From assembly GCA_004297735.1 (NCBI GenBank), contig SCTI01000002.1, positions 160-64,159 of the forward strand: DNA of 64,000 bases, in the 5' to 3' direction. Every line of letters starts with the position of its first letter. The first letter of the stretch is position 1. The notes under the pieces were generated by a model. It did not search any database. It was not told the DNA's origin and saw nothing but the letters and a program-made list of their open reading frames with translations. This document shows, piece after piece, positions 9,260-18,194 of this stretch. The stretch is from Patescibacteria group bacterium. Lineage in GTDB: Bacteria; Patescibacteriota; Saccharimonadia; UBA4664; SCTI01. A program made the position numbers and the translations under genes.

Positions 9260-10497
9260 TACTTATCCACCTTTGCGTTGATGTTTCCTGCCGCCAATTG
9301 TACCACGAGCGAATCGCCAACGTTAACCTGCTGCGGCCCGGTAACCACCTGTTCACCCTTGCGTACAATGGCGTAACCGCGCTTTAGGGTGGCGGTCGGG
9401 TCATAGCTTCCTAGCAGGCGGCTGAGCGAGTTAAGGCGCTGCTGCTGCATGGCCAAAGTTTGACGCTGAGCGTTAAGTAGCCGCAACTCTAAGTTTTGCA
9501 GGCGGGCTTGCGGCAGCCGTACAAACCGCTCCAGTACATTAATTTGGCGAATAATGTGGTTCTGGTAACGATCGAGCCGGCCGCGAATGGTTTGTTCAAA
9601 CCGGCGTTGTCGGTGCCCAATGTCCTGTATCACCTCGGCTTTATCTGGAACCACAATTCGAGCCGCATCGGTAGGAGTAGCCGCTCGCACGTCGGCCGCA
9701 AAGTCAGCCAAACTAACGTCCACCTCATGGCCCACCCCAACCAAAGTTGGCACTCGACTACCAGCAATGGCGCGAGCCACCTCCTCGGTATTAAATGCCT
9801 GCAAATCCTCCAAACTACCGCCACCCCGGATCACCACCAGCACGTCGGGAACGCTGGCCTGTTGATTAAAGTACTCAATGGCACGCACAATTTGAGCTGG
9901 GGCCGGCTGTCCCTGCACCTGAACGTCGGCCAGCTGGATCTCCATTCCGCCCCAGCGTTGGCCTAAAATTTTAATAAAATCGGCGTAGGCCGCCGACTGG
10001 CCGGAGGTAACCAAGCCGAGTCGCTCTGGGAACCGCGGCAGCGCCCGTTTACGACTGGCCTCAAACAAACCCTCTTGCTGCAACTTGGCTTTGAGCAGCT
10101 CAAAGGCCCGCTTAAGCGCGCCCTCACCGGCCAGGCTCACCGACTTGACCGTCAGGCTGAACTTACCCCACTTGGTTACCTTTGGCACTCCGGTCACTCG
10201 AATCTTCATGCCATCTTCGATTGGAACTTTTAGCTGGTAGATTGGGATAAAGCACGGCAAAGTGGCGTCCTCATCCTTTAAATCAAAGAACACCCACTTG
10301 CCCTGATTAACCTTGTAGCTGGACACCTCTCCCTCGATCGTAACCGCCGGGAAGGCAAAGTTTAAGGTTTCGTTAAGGATATCTAAAAAGGCCTTAACGC
10401 CAATAATTTGATCTGAGGGTGGCTCCAGTAACTGCATACCTTTTAGTATATCAGGTACAATAGCTCTATGAATCACATTGTCATACTCGGACGCCAA
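9259..10497 (-). CDS. xseA: Exodeoxyribonuclease VII large subunit
   Basis: 412 aa with an OB fold plus catalytic region (GRGGGSLEDL-like IRGGGSLEDL). The true start may be the Met at 10437, which would remove the divergent overlap with the next gene. Confidence 0.88.
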   Translation of the reverse strand: MASEYDNVIHRAIVPDILKGMQLLEPPSDQIIGVKAFLDILNETLNFAFPAVTIEGEVSSYKVNQGKWVFFDLKDEDATLPCFIPIYQLKVPIEDGMKIRVTGVPKVTKWGKFSLTVKSVSLAGEGALKRAFELLKAKLQQEGLFEASRKRALPRFPERLGLVTSGQSAAYADFIKILGQRWGGMEIQLADVQVQGQPAPAQIVRAIEYFNQQASVPDVLVVIRGGGSLEDLQAFNTEEVARAIAGSRVPTLVGVGHEVDVSLADFAADVRAATPTDAARIVVPDKAEVIQDIGHRQRRFEQTIRGRLDRYQNHIIRQINVLERFVRLPQARLQNLELRLLNAQRQTLAMQQQRLNSLSRLLGSYDPTATLKRGYAIVRKGEQVVTGPQQVNVGDSLVVQLAAGNINAKVDK

Positions 10498-11601
10498 CCA
10501 GAATTTGGCTTGGTAGAGCTTGAATCACGCCTATCGCCAAAACAGATCCAGCCCTGGGGCAGGTCTGCCGCCCTGCTTGAGCGGTCGATTAATCTAAGTG
10601 AGTTTGGGGGTGTTATTAAGGTCGGTCGAATCATCTACCAGGGCCCTGCTCGTGACATTAACGAGGCACCTCTCCCCCTTGACGAGCTGGTGGCCGAATC
10701 CGGCAAAACCACCTTTGGGCTAAGTTACTACGGGCTGAATGCCACCACCGCTTTTGTCCGCAAAACCGGGGTTGCTCTTAAAAAACGCTTAAAGGCCGGC
10801 GGATCGGTTAGGTTTGTGGCGCCACAAACCGGCATCCACCTATCGGCCGCTCAGGTAAAATTTAATGGCTTGTTAAAAAATGGCCATGAGTTACTAATAG
10901 TGATTAATAAGCAGCAGATGGTGGTGGCAATTACCGAACAGGTTCAAGATATCGATAGTTACGCCGCGCGCGACCACCAGCGTCCGACTCGCAGCGCCAA
11001 GGTGGGCATGCTACCACCAAAGCTGGCCCAGATTATGGTTAACACCACTCACGGCAATGAGGTTTTTGATCCCTTTTGCGGCACCGGTGTGATTCTACAG
11101 GAGGCGGCCCTGCTTGGACGTCGGGTGGGTGGCTCCGATCTGTCTGCAGATATGGTTTCGGCCACCCGCGAAAATATGAAATGGCTGAATGATATTGCCG
11201 CCTCCGCTATAGCAGCCGACGAGGCGCTTGAAGCCGACGCTAGAGCGGTTAGACTGCCCTCTGCGAAGGCATCAATTGTTTCCGAAGGCTACCTTGGTCC
11301 CAACATGAGCAGTAAGCCCACCTTAAAGCAGTTAGGGCCGATTCGGGATGAAATGCTGGCGCTTTACCGCGATAGTTTACGCAACTGGGCGGAGCAGCTT
11401 GAGTCGGGTTCCGAGATTGCAATTACCGTACCAGCTTGGCAAACCGCCGATGGCGGCCAGCAGCTACTGGGAATTGTTGACCTGCTACCTGATTTAGGGT
11501 ATACTTTGAGGCAGTTTGCGCATGTCCGTAGTGACGCGCTAATATATCGGCGACCAAACCAGATAGTTGGTCGTCAATTATTAATCTTAAGGAAGAGTTA
11601 A
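10468..11601 (+). CDS. Putative SAM-dependent RNA/DNA methyltransferase (UPF0020/Trm11-like)
   Basis: 377 aa. DPFCGTGVILQEAALLG matches motif I. The family call is approximate. Confidence 0.6.
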   Translation: MNHIVILGRQPEFGLVELESRLSPKQIQPWGRSAALLERSINLSEFGGVIKVGRIIYQGPARDINEAPLPLDELVAESGKTTFGLSYYGLNATTAFVRKTGVALKKRLKAGGSVRFVAPQTGIHLSAAQVKFNGLLKNGHELLIVINKQQMVVAITEQVQDIDSYAARDHQRPTRSAKVGMLPPKLAQIMVNTTHGNEVFDPFCGTGVILQEAALLGRRVGGSDLSADMVSATRENMKWLNDIAASAIAADEALEADARAVRLPSAKASIVSEGYLGPNMSSKPTLKQLGPIRDEMLALYRDSLRNWAEQLESGSEIAITVPAWQTADGGQQLLGIVDLLPDLGYTLRQFAHVRSDALIYRRPNQIVGRQLLILRKS

Positions 11602-11894
11602 TGTCAAAGACAAAAGCTGGCGGTACAGCTAAAAACGTACATGATTCACCAGGACAACGGCTTGGTGTTAAGTTGTTTGGTGGTCAGTTAGCTATTCCTG
11701 GTAACATTATTGTCCGACAGCGCGGCAGCCGTATGGAAGCCGGAGATGGCACCCGCATGGGTAAAGACCATACCATTTTTGCCACCCGAGCCGGGCGGGT
11801 TAAGTTTACCCTTAAGCAGATTACTAAGTTTACTGGCTCAAAGGTTCGTCGTCAGATCGTAAGTATCGAAGACGAGCAGCCAACCAAGAAATAA
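11601..11894 (+). CDS. rpmA: 50S ribosomal protein L27
   Basis: KAGGTAKNVHDSPGQRLGVKLFGGQ...IIVRQRG is the L27 signature. Confidence 0.93.
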   Translation: MSKTKAGGTAKNVHDSPGQRLGVKLFGGQLAIPGNIIVRQRGSRMEAGDGTRMGKDHTIFATRAGRVKFTLKQITKFTGSKVRRQIVSIEDEQPTKK

Positions 11895-11915
11895 CTTTTA
11901 TATTTAGGTGAATTT

Positions 11916-11946
11916 AAAAAACCGCCATCTTAGGCGGTTTTTTTGT
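11916..11946. terminator. Bidirectional intrinsic terminator
   Basis: AAAAAACCGCC-atctta-GGCGGTTTTTTT lies between convergent rpmA and the S41 peptidase gene. Confidence 0.75.
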
Positions 11947-11966
11947 TGCTGTCTTGATCTTAAAAT

Positions 11967-13142
11967 TTACTTCGACAGCTCCTGAATCGCCCGTTCCAGC
12001 TGTGGATCACGGCCGGCGTTCAAGTCAGCCTGCTCCAGCTTAACCTCGATATCAGGCTTAATTCCAACCTTATCAATCCCTTGCCCGCTAGGGGTAAACC
12101 AGTGCGCTACCGTCACCTTAAGCTCAGCGCCATCACCCAGCTTAATTACTTCCTGCACGCTACCCTTACCAAAGCTCTTTTCGCCCAACAGTTGGCCGGC
12201 TTTGTTGTCGCGTAAAGCACCAGCCACAATCTCGCTCGCCGAGGCGCTACCCTCATTAATCAACACCACTAGCGGCAATCCAACCAGCTGGCCGCCACCG
12301 GTAGTCTGGAGTCGCTCAACCGTCCTACCCTGACGCCGCTCCTCTACCACCGTCTTGCCATCAGGCAAGAACTGGCTCGAAACATCAACCGCACCATCCA
12401 AGTACCCACCAGGATTGTTGCGCAGGTCCAAAATCACCTTGGTCGCACCCTGAGCCTTAAGATCAGCGGCGGCCTGCTGGAGCTTAGCTACAGTATCGCT
12501 GCCAAACTGCGTTAGCTGAATATAGCCAATGCCATTCTCTTTCATACTCGACTTAACGCTTGGCACCGTGATCACGTCGCGCACAATCTTAATCTCAATT
12601 GGCTCGCTGCTGCCCCTGATTATCTTAAGCGTTACCTCGCTGCCTTTTGGCCCGCGAATCTTACTTACAGCCTCGTCCAGCGTCATGGTTGAGCTGTCTT
12701 GGCCGTTGATGCTAATAATTACGTCTCCAGCACGCACTCCGGCCTTAGCGGCCGGGCTATCAACAATTGGCGAAACCACGGTCAGCTTGTTGTTGCGAAT
12801 CGCCACCTCGGCGCCTACGCCCGATAAAGTACCATTTAACTGGTCTTCAAGATCCTTGGCTTCCTTTGGCTTAAGGTAAACCGTATAAGGATCTCCCAAT
12901 CCGGCTACCAGCCCGGCCTTCGCACCTTCCAGCGTATCGTTTGGCTTAACCTCACCATCAAACTTTTTAACCAGGGTGTCGTATATCGATGATAGTTCGT
13001 TAAAATCAGGGCGCTCATTTGCGGCCGGACCGCCAAACGTCACCACCGTTGGGGCCAGCTGACCACCAACAAACCCAATCGCTAGCAACACCACCGCTAT
13101 CAGGGTGTTGCGCACACTAAATCGAGAGGGTTCTGGATTCAA
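11967..13142 (-). CDS. Carboxy-terminal processing peptidase, S41 family
   Basis: 391 aa with an N-terminal TM, a PDZ-like segment, and GSASASEIVAGAL plus KGS catalytic motifs. Confidence 0.85.
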   Translation of the reverse strand: MNPEPSRFSVRNTLIAVVLLAIGFVGGQLAPTVVTFGGPAANERPDFNELSSIYDTLVKKFDGEVKPNDTLEGAKAGLVAGLGDPYTVYLKPKEAKDLEDQLNGTLSGVGAEVAIRNNKLTVVSPIVDSPAAKAGVRAGDVIISINGQDSSTMTLDEAVSKIRGPKGSEVTLKIIRGSSEPIEIKIVRDVITVPSVKSSMKENGIGYIQLTQFGSDTVAKLQQAAADLKAQGATKVILDLRNNPGGYLDGAVDVSSQFLPDGKTVVEERRQGRTVERLQTTGGGQLVGLPLVVLINEGSASASEIVAGALRDNKAGQLLGEKSFGKGSVQEVIKLGDGAELKVTVAHWFTPSGQGIDKVGIKPDIEVKLEQADLNAGRDPQLERAIQELSK

Positions 13143-13164
13143 AAACTTACCTTTTATTAACTAA

Positions 13165-14268
13165 TTAGAAGTGGATAAAGTACAAATTATCTGATGGGAT
13201 AGTCATTACACTGTATTCGCCAGCGTTATTGAAATTATACTGACTTACAGTAATCATACGTCCTGAAACTGATTCAACATACATAGCATGGCCATATGGC
13301 CCGGCAGTTGTAATGGCAACATCTCCTGGTCGAGGGCTTCCATCAACAGGTATGCCTTCGGCTTGGGCGTTTCCAGGCCACTGCTTGGCGTTCCCCCTAC
13401 CTCCCCAGTATGGCATACGACGTCCGGAATTGGCTACTCGGAAGGCGGTGTAGCTAACACATTCTCGGTTATACATACCCCATCTATCTATAAGTGTGTC
13501 TTTCGGGGCATTACACCATGTGGATGGATAGCCTCCCCCGCAAGGGGTGCCTCCGGAAGGTATGCCTCCAAAACGTGATGCCAAAATAGCCGCTTGCTGC
13601 TTTTTAAGCTCCTCGGCCTTGGCTGAGCTGGCCTTAGCCTGCTCGGCGTACTTCGCCTCATCACCCCTGGTCGAAGCCAAAAGATTTGACTGCTCATTTT
13701 GCTGAATTGCCAACGCCTGAGATAAATTAGTCTGGTTTCTAATTGCCAAATCTAAATCAGCCTGCTGCTTTTCTAGCTCTTCCTTTTGTCGCTGAACCTC
13801 TTTAGCGGCTTCCTGAACGTGATCCTTTAAGGTGTCTAAGTACTGCTGGCGGTCAACATACTCGCTAAAGCTTCGGCTCGAAGCCAACATTTCGAGTGGC
13901 GAAACCTTAGACTCCTGGTAGATAACGCGGACGTTCTCGTCTAGCACCTGCTTTTTTAATGCCAGTTTATCTTTGGCATCATTAATATCTTGAGTTAGCT
14001 TCTGAGCCTTGGCCTTGTTAGCGGCAATTTGCGAGCGAATCGCCTGCGACTGCGCCGCAATCTCGGCCAGCTTGTTGGCCAGCGTGTCGCCCTGAGTTCT
14101 TAAGGTAGCCGCCTGCTGTTGGTTGCGAGCCGCATCGGCGTTAGCGGCCGCGATTTGCTCCTCTAGCGTGGCGGCGTGGGCCGCTACCGGCGCCAACACC
14201 AAACCCAACGCTAGAACCAGCGCTGTTATGGTTTTAAAACTGAAATTTTTGTTTTTTGGTGAAACCAT
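13165..14268 (-). CDS. Secreted coiled-coil protein with C-terminal CHAP-type peptidoglycan hydrolase domain (PcsB-like architecture)
   Basis: Signal/TM region, then a Q/A/K-rich coiled coil of about 230 aa, then NRECVSYTAFRV...GHAMYVESV (Cys/His of CHAP). Lies directly downstream of ftsEX. The start was moved to the Met at 14268. Confidence 0.75.
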   Translation of the reverse strand: MVSPKNKNFSFKTITALVLALGLVLAPVAAHAATLEEQIAAANADAARNQQQAATLRTQGDTLANKLAEIAAQSQAIRSQIAANKAKAQKLTQDINDAKDKLALKKQVLDENVRVIYQESKVSPLEMLASSRSFSEYVDRQQYLDTLKDHVQEAAKEVQRQKEELEKQQADLDLAIRNQTNLSQALAIQQNEQSNLLASTRGDEAKYAEQAKASSAKAEELKKQQAAILASRFGGIPSGGTPCGGGYPSTWCNAPKDTLIDRWGMYNRECVSYTAFRVANSGRRMPYWGGRGNAKQWPGNAQAEGIPVDGSPRPGDVAITTAGPYGHAMYVESVSGRMITVSQYNFNNAGEYSVMTIPSDNLYFIHF

Positions 14269-14417
14269 ACTAATTAGGTGTTCGCCCCTTAACACTGTTT
14301 ACTATACCCCTTTAGGTTTAATAATTCAATAGCGGTTATGATTCAGGCGCCTTAGCGCTTACGCCAAGAGCACGAGAGGTATTATGGCTGAGTTTTAATC
14401 TGGAATCAACCGGCTAA

Positions 14418-15341
14418 TTATAGCTTGAGATAGCGTTTTAGGGCGACCATACTCGAAGCGGTGCCAATTAAAATTCCTAAAGCCAAAAGCGCAAACACCA
14501 CCAGCACCACATTATCTTGGAGCAGCTTAACTACGATTCCGGTGTCGACGTAGTTACCAAGCCGCGGCGCCCCCTTTAAGATCACGGTGTAGGTAAACGC
14601 AATCGCGATAAAGGCCGCAATAATGCCATACAGGGCGGCCTCAAAAATGAACGGCCCACGAATATACCAGTTGGTAGCGCCCACCAGCTTCATGATCTCA
14701 ATCTCCTCCCGGCGGGTAAAGATGGCCATGCGGATGGTGTTAAAGATGATCAAGGTTGAGATGATCACGAACACGACCGAGGCAGCCAGCCCGGTAGCCT
14801 TAAAGAAGTTTGAGGTTTGAATGATCCGGTCGATGGTGGCCTTGCGATCGCCACTGTAGCTAATCGGCTCCCGATCAGCCAGTAGCGGCTTGAACTCCGA
14901 CTGGTTCACCACCGCCGTAATTGGGTCGAGCTTGTTTGGGTCCTTGGCTTTAATTTGGAGCGAAGCCGGCAACGGGTTATCGGTCTCGGTTACCGCCTCG
15001 AGCAGCTTGGGGTTATCCTTGTTTTGCTCACGATACTGCTTGAGCGCCTCGGCCTTGGTCACCAAAACCACTCCCTGAACGTTATCGGTCTGCTCTAACT
15101 TAACCTTGAGTGCCTTAATTTGATCGGGGGTGGCGGAGTCCTTAAGGTACACCGACACATCAATCTTACCAACCACCTCTTTAATGGTTGAGTTGAGGGC
15201 GACGGTGGCCACGTAAGAGACGGCTACCAGAGTAAGCGTAATGGTCATGACGGCTGTAGCGGCGGTGCTTAGCCAAGCGTTGCGGGCAAAGTTGTGCAGC
15301 CCGGTCTTGGTGATCCGGGCGGCTGTTAGCGGATTGATCAT
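14418..15341 (-). CDS. ftsX: Cell division permease-like protein FtsX
   Basis: 307 aa with four TM segments and a large first extracellular loop. Overlaps ftsE by 4 nt. Confidence 0.85.
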   Translation of the reverse strand: MINPLTAARITKTGLHNFARNAWLSTAATAVMTITLTLVAVSYVATVALNSTIKEVVGKIDVSVYLKDSATPDQIKALKVKLEQTDNVQGVVLVTKAEALKQYREQNKDNPKLLEAVTETDNPLPASLQIKAKDPNKLDPITAVVNQSEFKPLLADREPISYSGDRKATIDRIIQTSNFFKATGLAASVVFVIISTLIIFNTIRMAIFTRREEIEIMKLVGATNWYIRGPFIFEAALYGIIAAFIAIAFTYTVILKGAPRLGNYVDTGIVVKLLQDNVVLVVFALLALGILIGTASSMVALKRYLKL

Positions 15342-16018
15342 AGAGCGTACTTCCCCTGCTCTTCGTCCTTGATGATCCGGCCGCGCTGAATGGTAATAAC
15401 CCGCCGCTTGAGCGAGTTTACGATCTCTTTGTTGTGAGTGGTTAACAGGACGGTGGTGCCAAACCGGTTAATCTTTAGCAATAATTCAATGATTTCCCAA
15501 GCATTCTTGGGGTCCAGGTTGCCGGTAGGCTCATCGGCCACCAGGATCTTGGGTTGGCGAACAAGGGCGCGCGCAATCGCGACACGCTGGCGCTCACCAC
15601 CGGATAGTTCGCGCGGAAAGTTCTTTTCTTTACCGCTGAGGCCGACCAGCTGAAGCACGCGGGGCACGCTGCGCTTAATCTCACGGTTGGGAGCGCCGGC
15701 CACCTCAAGCGCAAAGGCCACGTTTTCGTGCACGTTACGGCTTGGTAGTAGCTTAAAGTCCTGGAACACCACGCCAATTCGGCGGCGCAGGTGCGGCACG
15801 TTCTTATACACAATGGTGTCATAATCCAGCCCGCCCACAATAATCTTGCCGGAACTTTGAACCTCTTCGCGGGTAAGCAGTTTAATCAGCGTCGATTTGC
15901 CAGCACCGGACGCACCCACGATAGTCACAAACTCCTTGGGTTGGATGTGCAGATTCAGCCCGCTTAGGGCAATCTGCTTGTTCGGGTACATTTTGGTAAC
16001 GCGATCAAACAGTATCAC
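15338..16018 (-). CDS. ftsE: Cell division ATP-binding protein FtsE
   Basis: Walker A GASGAGKST, signature LSGGERQR, Walker B ILVADEPT. Confidence 0.9.
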   Translation of the reverse strand: MILFDRVTKMYPNKQIALSGLNLHIQPKEFVTIVGASGAGKSTLIKLLTREEVQSSGKIIVGGLDYDTIVYKNVPHLRRRIGVVFQDFKLLPSRNVHENVAFALEVAGAPNREIKRSVPRVLQLVGLSGKEKNFPRELSGGERQRVAIARALVRQPKILVADEPTGNLDPKNAWEIIELLLKINRFGTTVLLTTHNKEIVNSLKRRVITIQRGRIIKDEEQGKYAL

Positions 16019-16068
16019 GTGGCTATTTTAGCACTAATGAGCCTATAGCCAAAGTGTTTATGGTTCTT

Positions 16069-17154
16069 TTATTGACCAACCCGACTCGACAGATACGCCT
16101 CAATAAATGGATCTAGATCGCCATCTAGCACCGCCCCCGCCTGACTGGTTTCATGCTTGGTACGCTCATCCTTTACCTTGGTATAGGGGTGCAGCACATA
16201 ATTGCGAATTTGGTTGCCCCAGGCTGCCTCCTGGTTCTCGCCGCGTAACTCACCCAGCTCAGTCTTTTGCTGCTGCAACATTAGCGCAGTTAACCGAGCT
16301 TTAAGAATTGCCAAGGCTTTTTCTTTGTTCTGCAGCTGACTGCGCTCGTTTTGAATCGCGACTACGGTACCGGTCGGAATATGGGTAATCCGAACCGCCG
16401 AATCGGTGGTGTTAACGCTCTGGCCACCGTGACCACCGCTCCGATACACATCCACTCGCAAGTCTTGCTCATCCAGCTCAAACTCTTCGGGGCGATCCAG
16501 CTGTGGCAACACCTCAACCCGAGCAAAGCTGGTTTGGCGCTTAGCATCAGCATTAAATGGACTTTGACGGACCAGACGATGCACTCCGCTCTCCCCCTTT
16601 AGCTTGCCGTAAGCGTACTGGCCATTAACCTCAACCGTCACGCTCTTAATGCCAGCCTCCTCGCCGTCGGACCGCTCAACCACCTCGGCCTTCCAGCCGG
16701 CCTTTTCAAAATACCGTAAATACATCCGCAGCAGCATCTCGGCCCAGTCCTGGGCATCGGTGCCACCAGCACCGGCAAAGATAGAAATAATAGCGTTGTT
16801 GCGATCGTAAGTACCCGACAGTTTCAGCTCAAACTCTTTGGCGGCAAAAGCCTGCTGCAAGCGCTCCAGGTTGGCCTGCAGATCGCCGGCCATCGACTCG
16901 TCGCCCAGCTCGGCCAGCTCCTTAGCTACCATTACGTCCTTATGTAAACCAACCCACTCCTCTAAATGACTCCTTAGCCCTGCCGCCTGCTGGCTAATCG
17001 CCGCCGCGGCTTGCGAGTCATCCCAGAATCCTGGCGCCTGCATCTGAGCATCAAGCTCCTCCAAGCGTCCCTGCTCGGCCTCGAGCCCCAAGCGCCGCAT
17101 GGCCTCCTCGACCAGCAGCTGTAGCTCAACAAACTGTTTAACAATTGATTGCAT
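16069..17154 (-). CDS. prfB: Peptide chain release factor 2
   Basis: SPF motif (RQSPFNA) and GGQ ([11 protein letters not shown]). The ORF is uninterrupted, with no +1 frameshift site. The start was taken as MQSIVKQ at 17154. Confidence 0.9.
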   Translation of the reverse strand: MQSIVKQFVELQLLVEEAMRRLGLEAEQGRLEELDAQMQAPGFWDDSQAAAAISQQAAGLRSHLEEWVGLHKDVMVAKELAELGDESMAGDLQANLERLQQAFAAKEFELKLSGTYDRNNAIISIFAGAGGTDAQDWAEMLLRMYLRYFEKAGWKAEVVERSDGEEAGIKSVTVEVNGQYAYGKLKGESGVHRLVRQSPFNADAKRQTSFARVEVLPQLDRPEEFELDEQDLRVDVYRSGGHGGQSVNTTDSAVRITHIPTGTVVAIQNERSQLQNKEKALAILKARLTALMLQQQKTELGELRGENQEAAWGNQIRNYVLHPYTKVKDERTKHETSQAGAVLDGDLDPFIEAYLSSRVGQ

Positions 17155-17178
17155 GATGAATATTATACCTGAAACCAC

Positions 17179-17221
17179 AAAAAGCCCCGTACCTGATACC
17201 TTTACCGGTATCCGATGGGGC
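17179..17221 (-). terminator. Intrinsic terminator after the LPETG protein gene
   Basis: Minus strand: GCCCC..GATACC-ggtaaa-GGTATC..GGGGC followed by TTTTT. A second GC hairpin, CGGGCC-cgaa-GGCCCG, lies at 17265-17280. Confidence 0.6.
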
Positions 17222-17307
17222 GATTTGTGGGCTTATCGCGTGCGACAAGCGCCAACTAGAGTAACGGGCCCGAAGGCCCGCTGCCTCTAATTAACGATGC
17301 GTTAACC

Positions 17308-18006
17308 TTATCGGTTGAGTAGCTTTTTAGCCAAGGCACGCTTACTGCGGCGGTAAGCCATCACAGCGTAACCAAGAGCACCACTACCAGCCATGGCCAT
17401 CAGGCCAGCCTCAGGACCGGTCTCCGGAAGAGTGGTCGGCTGAGCGGCGGCTGGGGTAGCCGGAGTCTTTGGCTGCTCGGTAGTAGTAGTTGGGCAGTCA
17501 ACCTGGGCCTTAAACTGGACGAAACGAATCTGTTGGGTCGAAACACCAACGCTAGAAACGGTAACGCCACCGTTTAAGATGCCGTCGGGCAGGCTATTCA
17601 AAACCACGTTGTTCGGGTCAAGCAGCTGGGTGCTACCTGGAACATAGCTCAAACGAGCGGCACTTGAAAGGTTTACACCCGCAGTGTCGGTAATCTGAGT
17701 TGGGTTGGCGTCAGCAGCGGTTACGGTAACCATTGAGCTGTGACTGGTTCCAACAGTGGTAGGCAAAGTAGCCTTAACGTTAACATTGTTGATTGGGTCT
17801 GGACCCGGGTTGTGAATACGTACCTTAAAGGTAACAACCTCACATGGTTTGGCGGTTACAGGATCACCAAAAGTGGTGTTCTGAGTATCGTTCTTTACGC
17901 GATAGATGTTACCGCCCTCGATCTGACCGGCGGCCATTACGGGGGTAGCAACTAAGCTGACGACTGCAACAGCAGCTACAGCGGAAGTCTTAAGATTGAA
18001 GTTCAT
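17308..18006 (-). CDS. LPXTG-anchored cell-surface protein
   Basis: Signal peptide MNFNLKTSAVAAVAVVSLVATPVMAA. C-terminal LPETG plus a hydrophobic stretch plus RRSKR. AAAGGAGAAG RBS before the ATG at 18006. Confidence 0.85.
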   Translation of the reverse strand: MNFNLKTSAVAAVAVVSLVATPVMAAGQIEGGNIYRVKNDTQNTTFGDPVTAKPCEVVTFKVRIHNPGPDPINNVNVKATLPTTVGTSHSSMVTVTAADANPTQITDTAGVNLSSAARLSYVPGSTQLLDPNNVVLNSLPDGILNGGVTVSSVGVSTQQIRFVQFKAQVDCPTTTTEQPKTPATPAAAQPTTLPETGPEAGLMAMAGSGALGYAVMAYRRSKRALAKKLLNR

Positions 18007-18154
18007 AGTCTTCTCCTTTCTGATGCTTTCGCACACAGAAAATTAGTTATCTTACGAAGTGATTCGTTAACGCATGTTATTTAGTTGTAAACGTACCACC
18101 TCTGTAAGAGAGACGGTAGACAGGCTAGATAGTCACAGATTATCAAGTTGGGTT

Positions 18155-18180
18155 GGGGCGGGGCTCGAAAGCCCCACCCC
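18155..18180 (-). terminator. GC-rich hairpin terminator (no U-tract)
   Basis: Minus strand: GGGGTGGGGC-tttcga-GCCCCGCCCC, a 10-bp stem, 15 nt after the stop at 18195. Confidence 0.6.
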
Positions 18181-18194
18181 ATTGATACCCAGAA

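Noticed and set aside
16069-17178. Programmed +1 frameshift in prfB
   Set aside because: The RF2 frame is continuous from MQSIVKQ to the stop, with no in-frame UGA near codon 25. Having both RF1 and RF2 intact also argues against UGA recoding in this genome.
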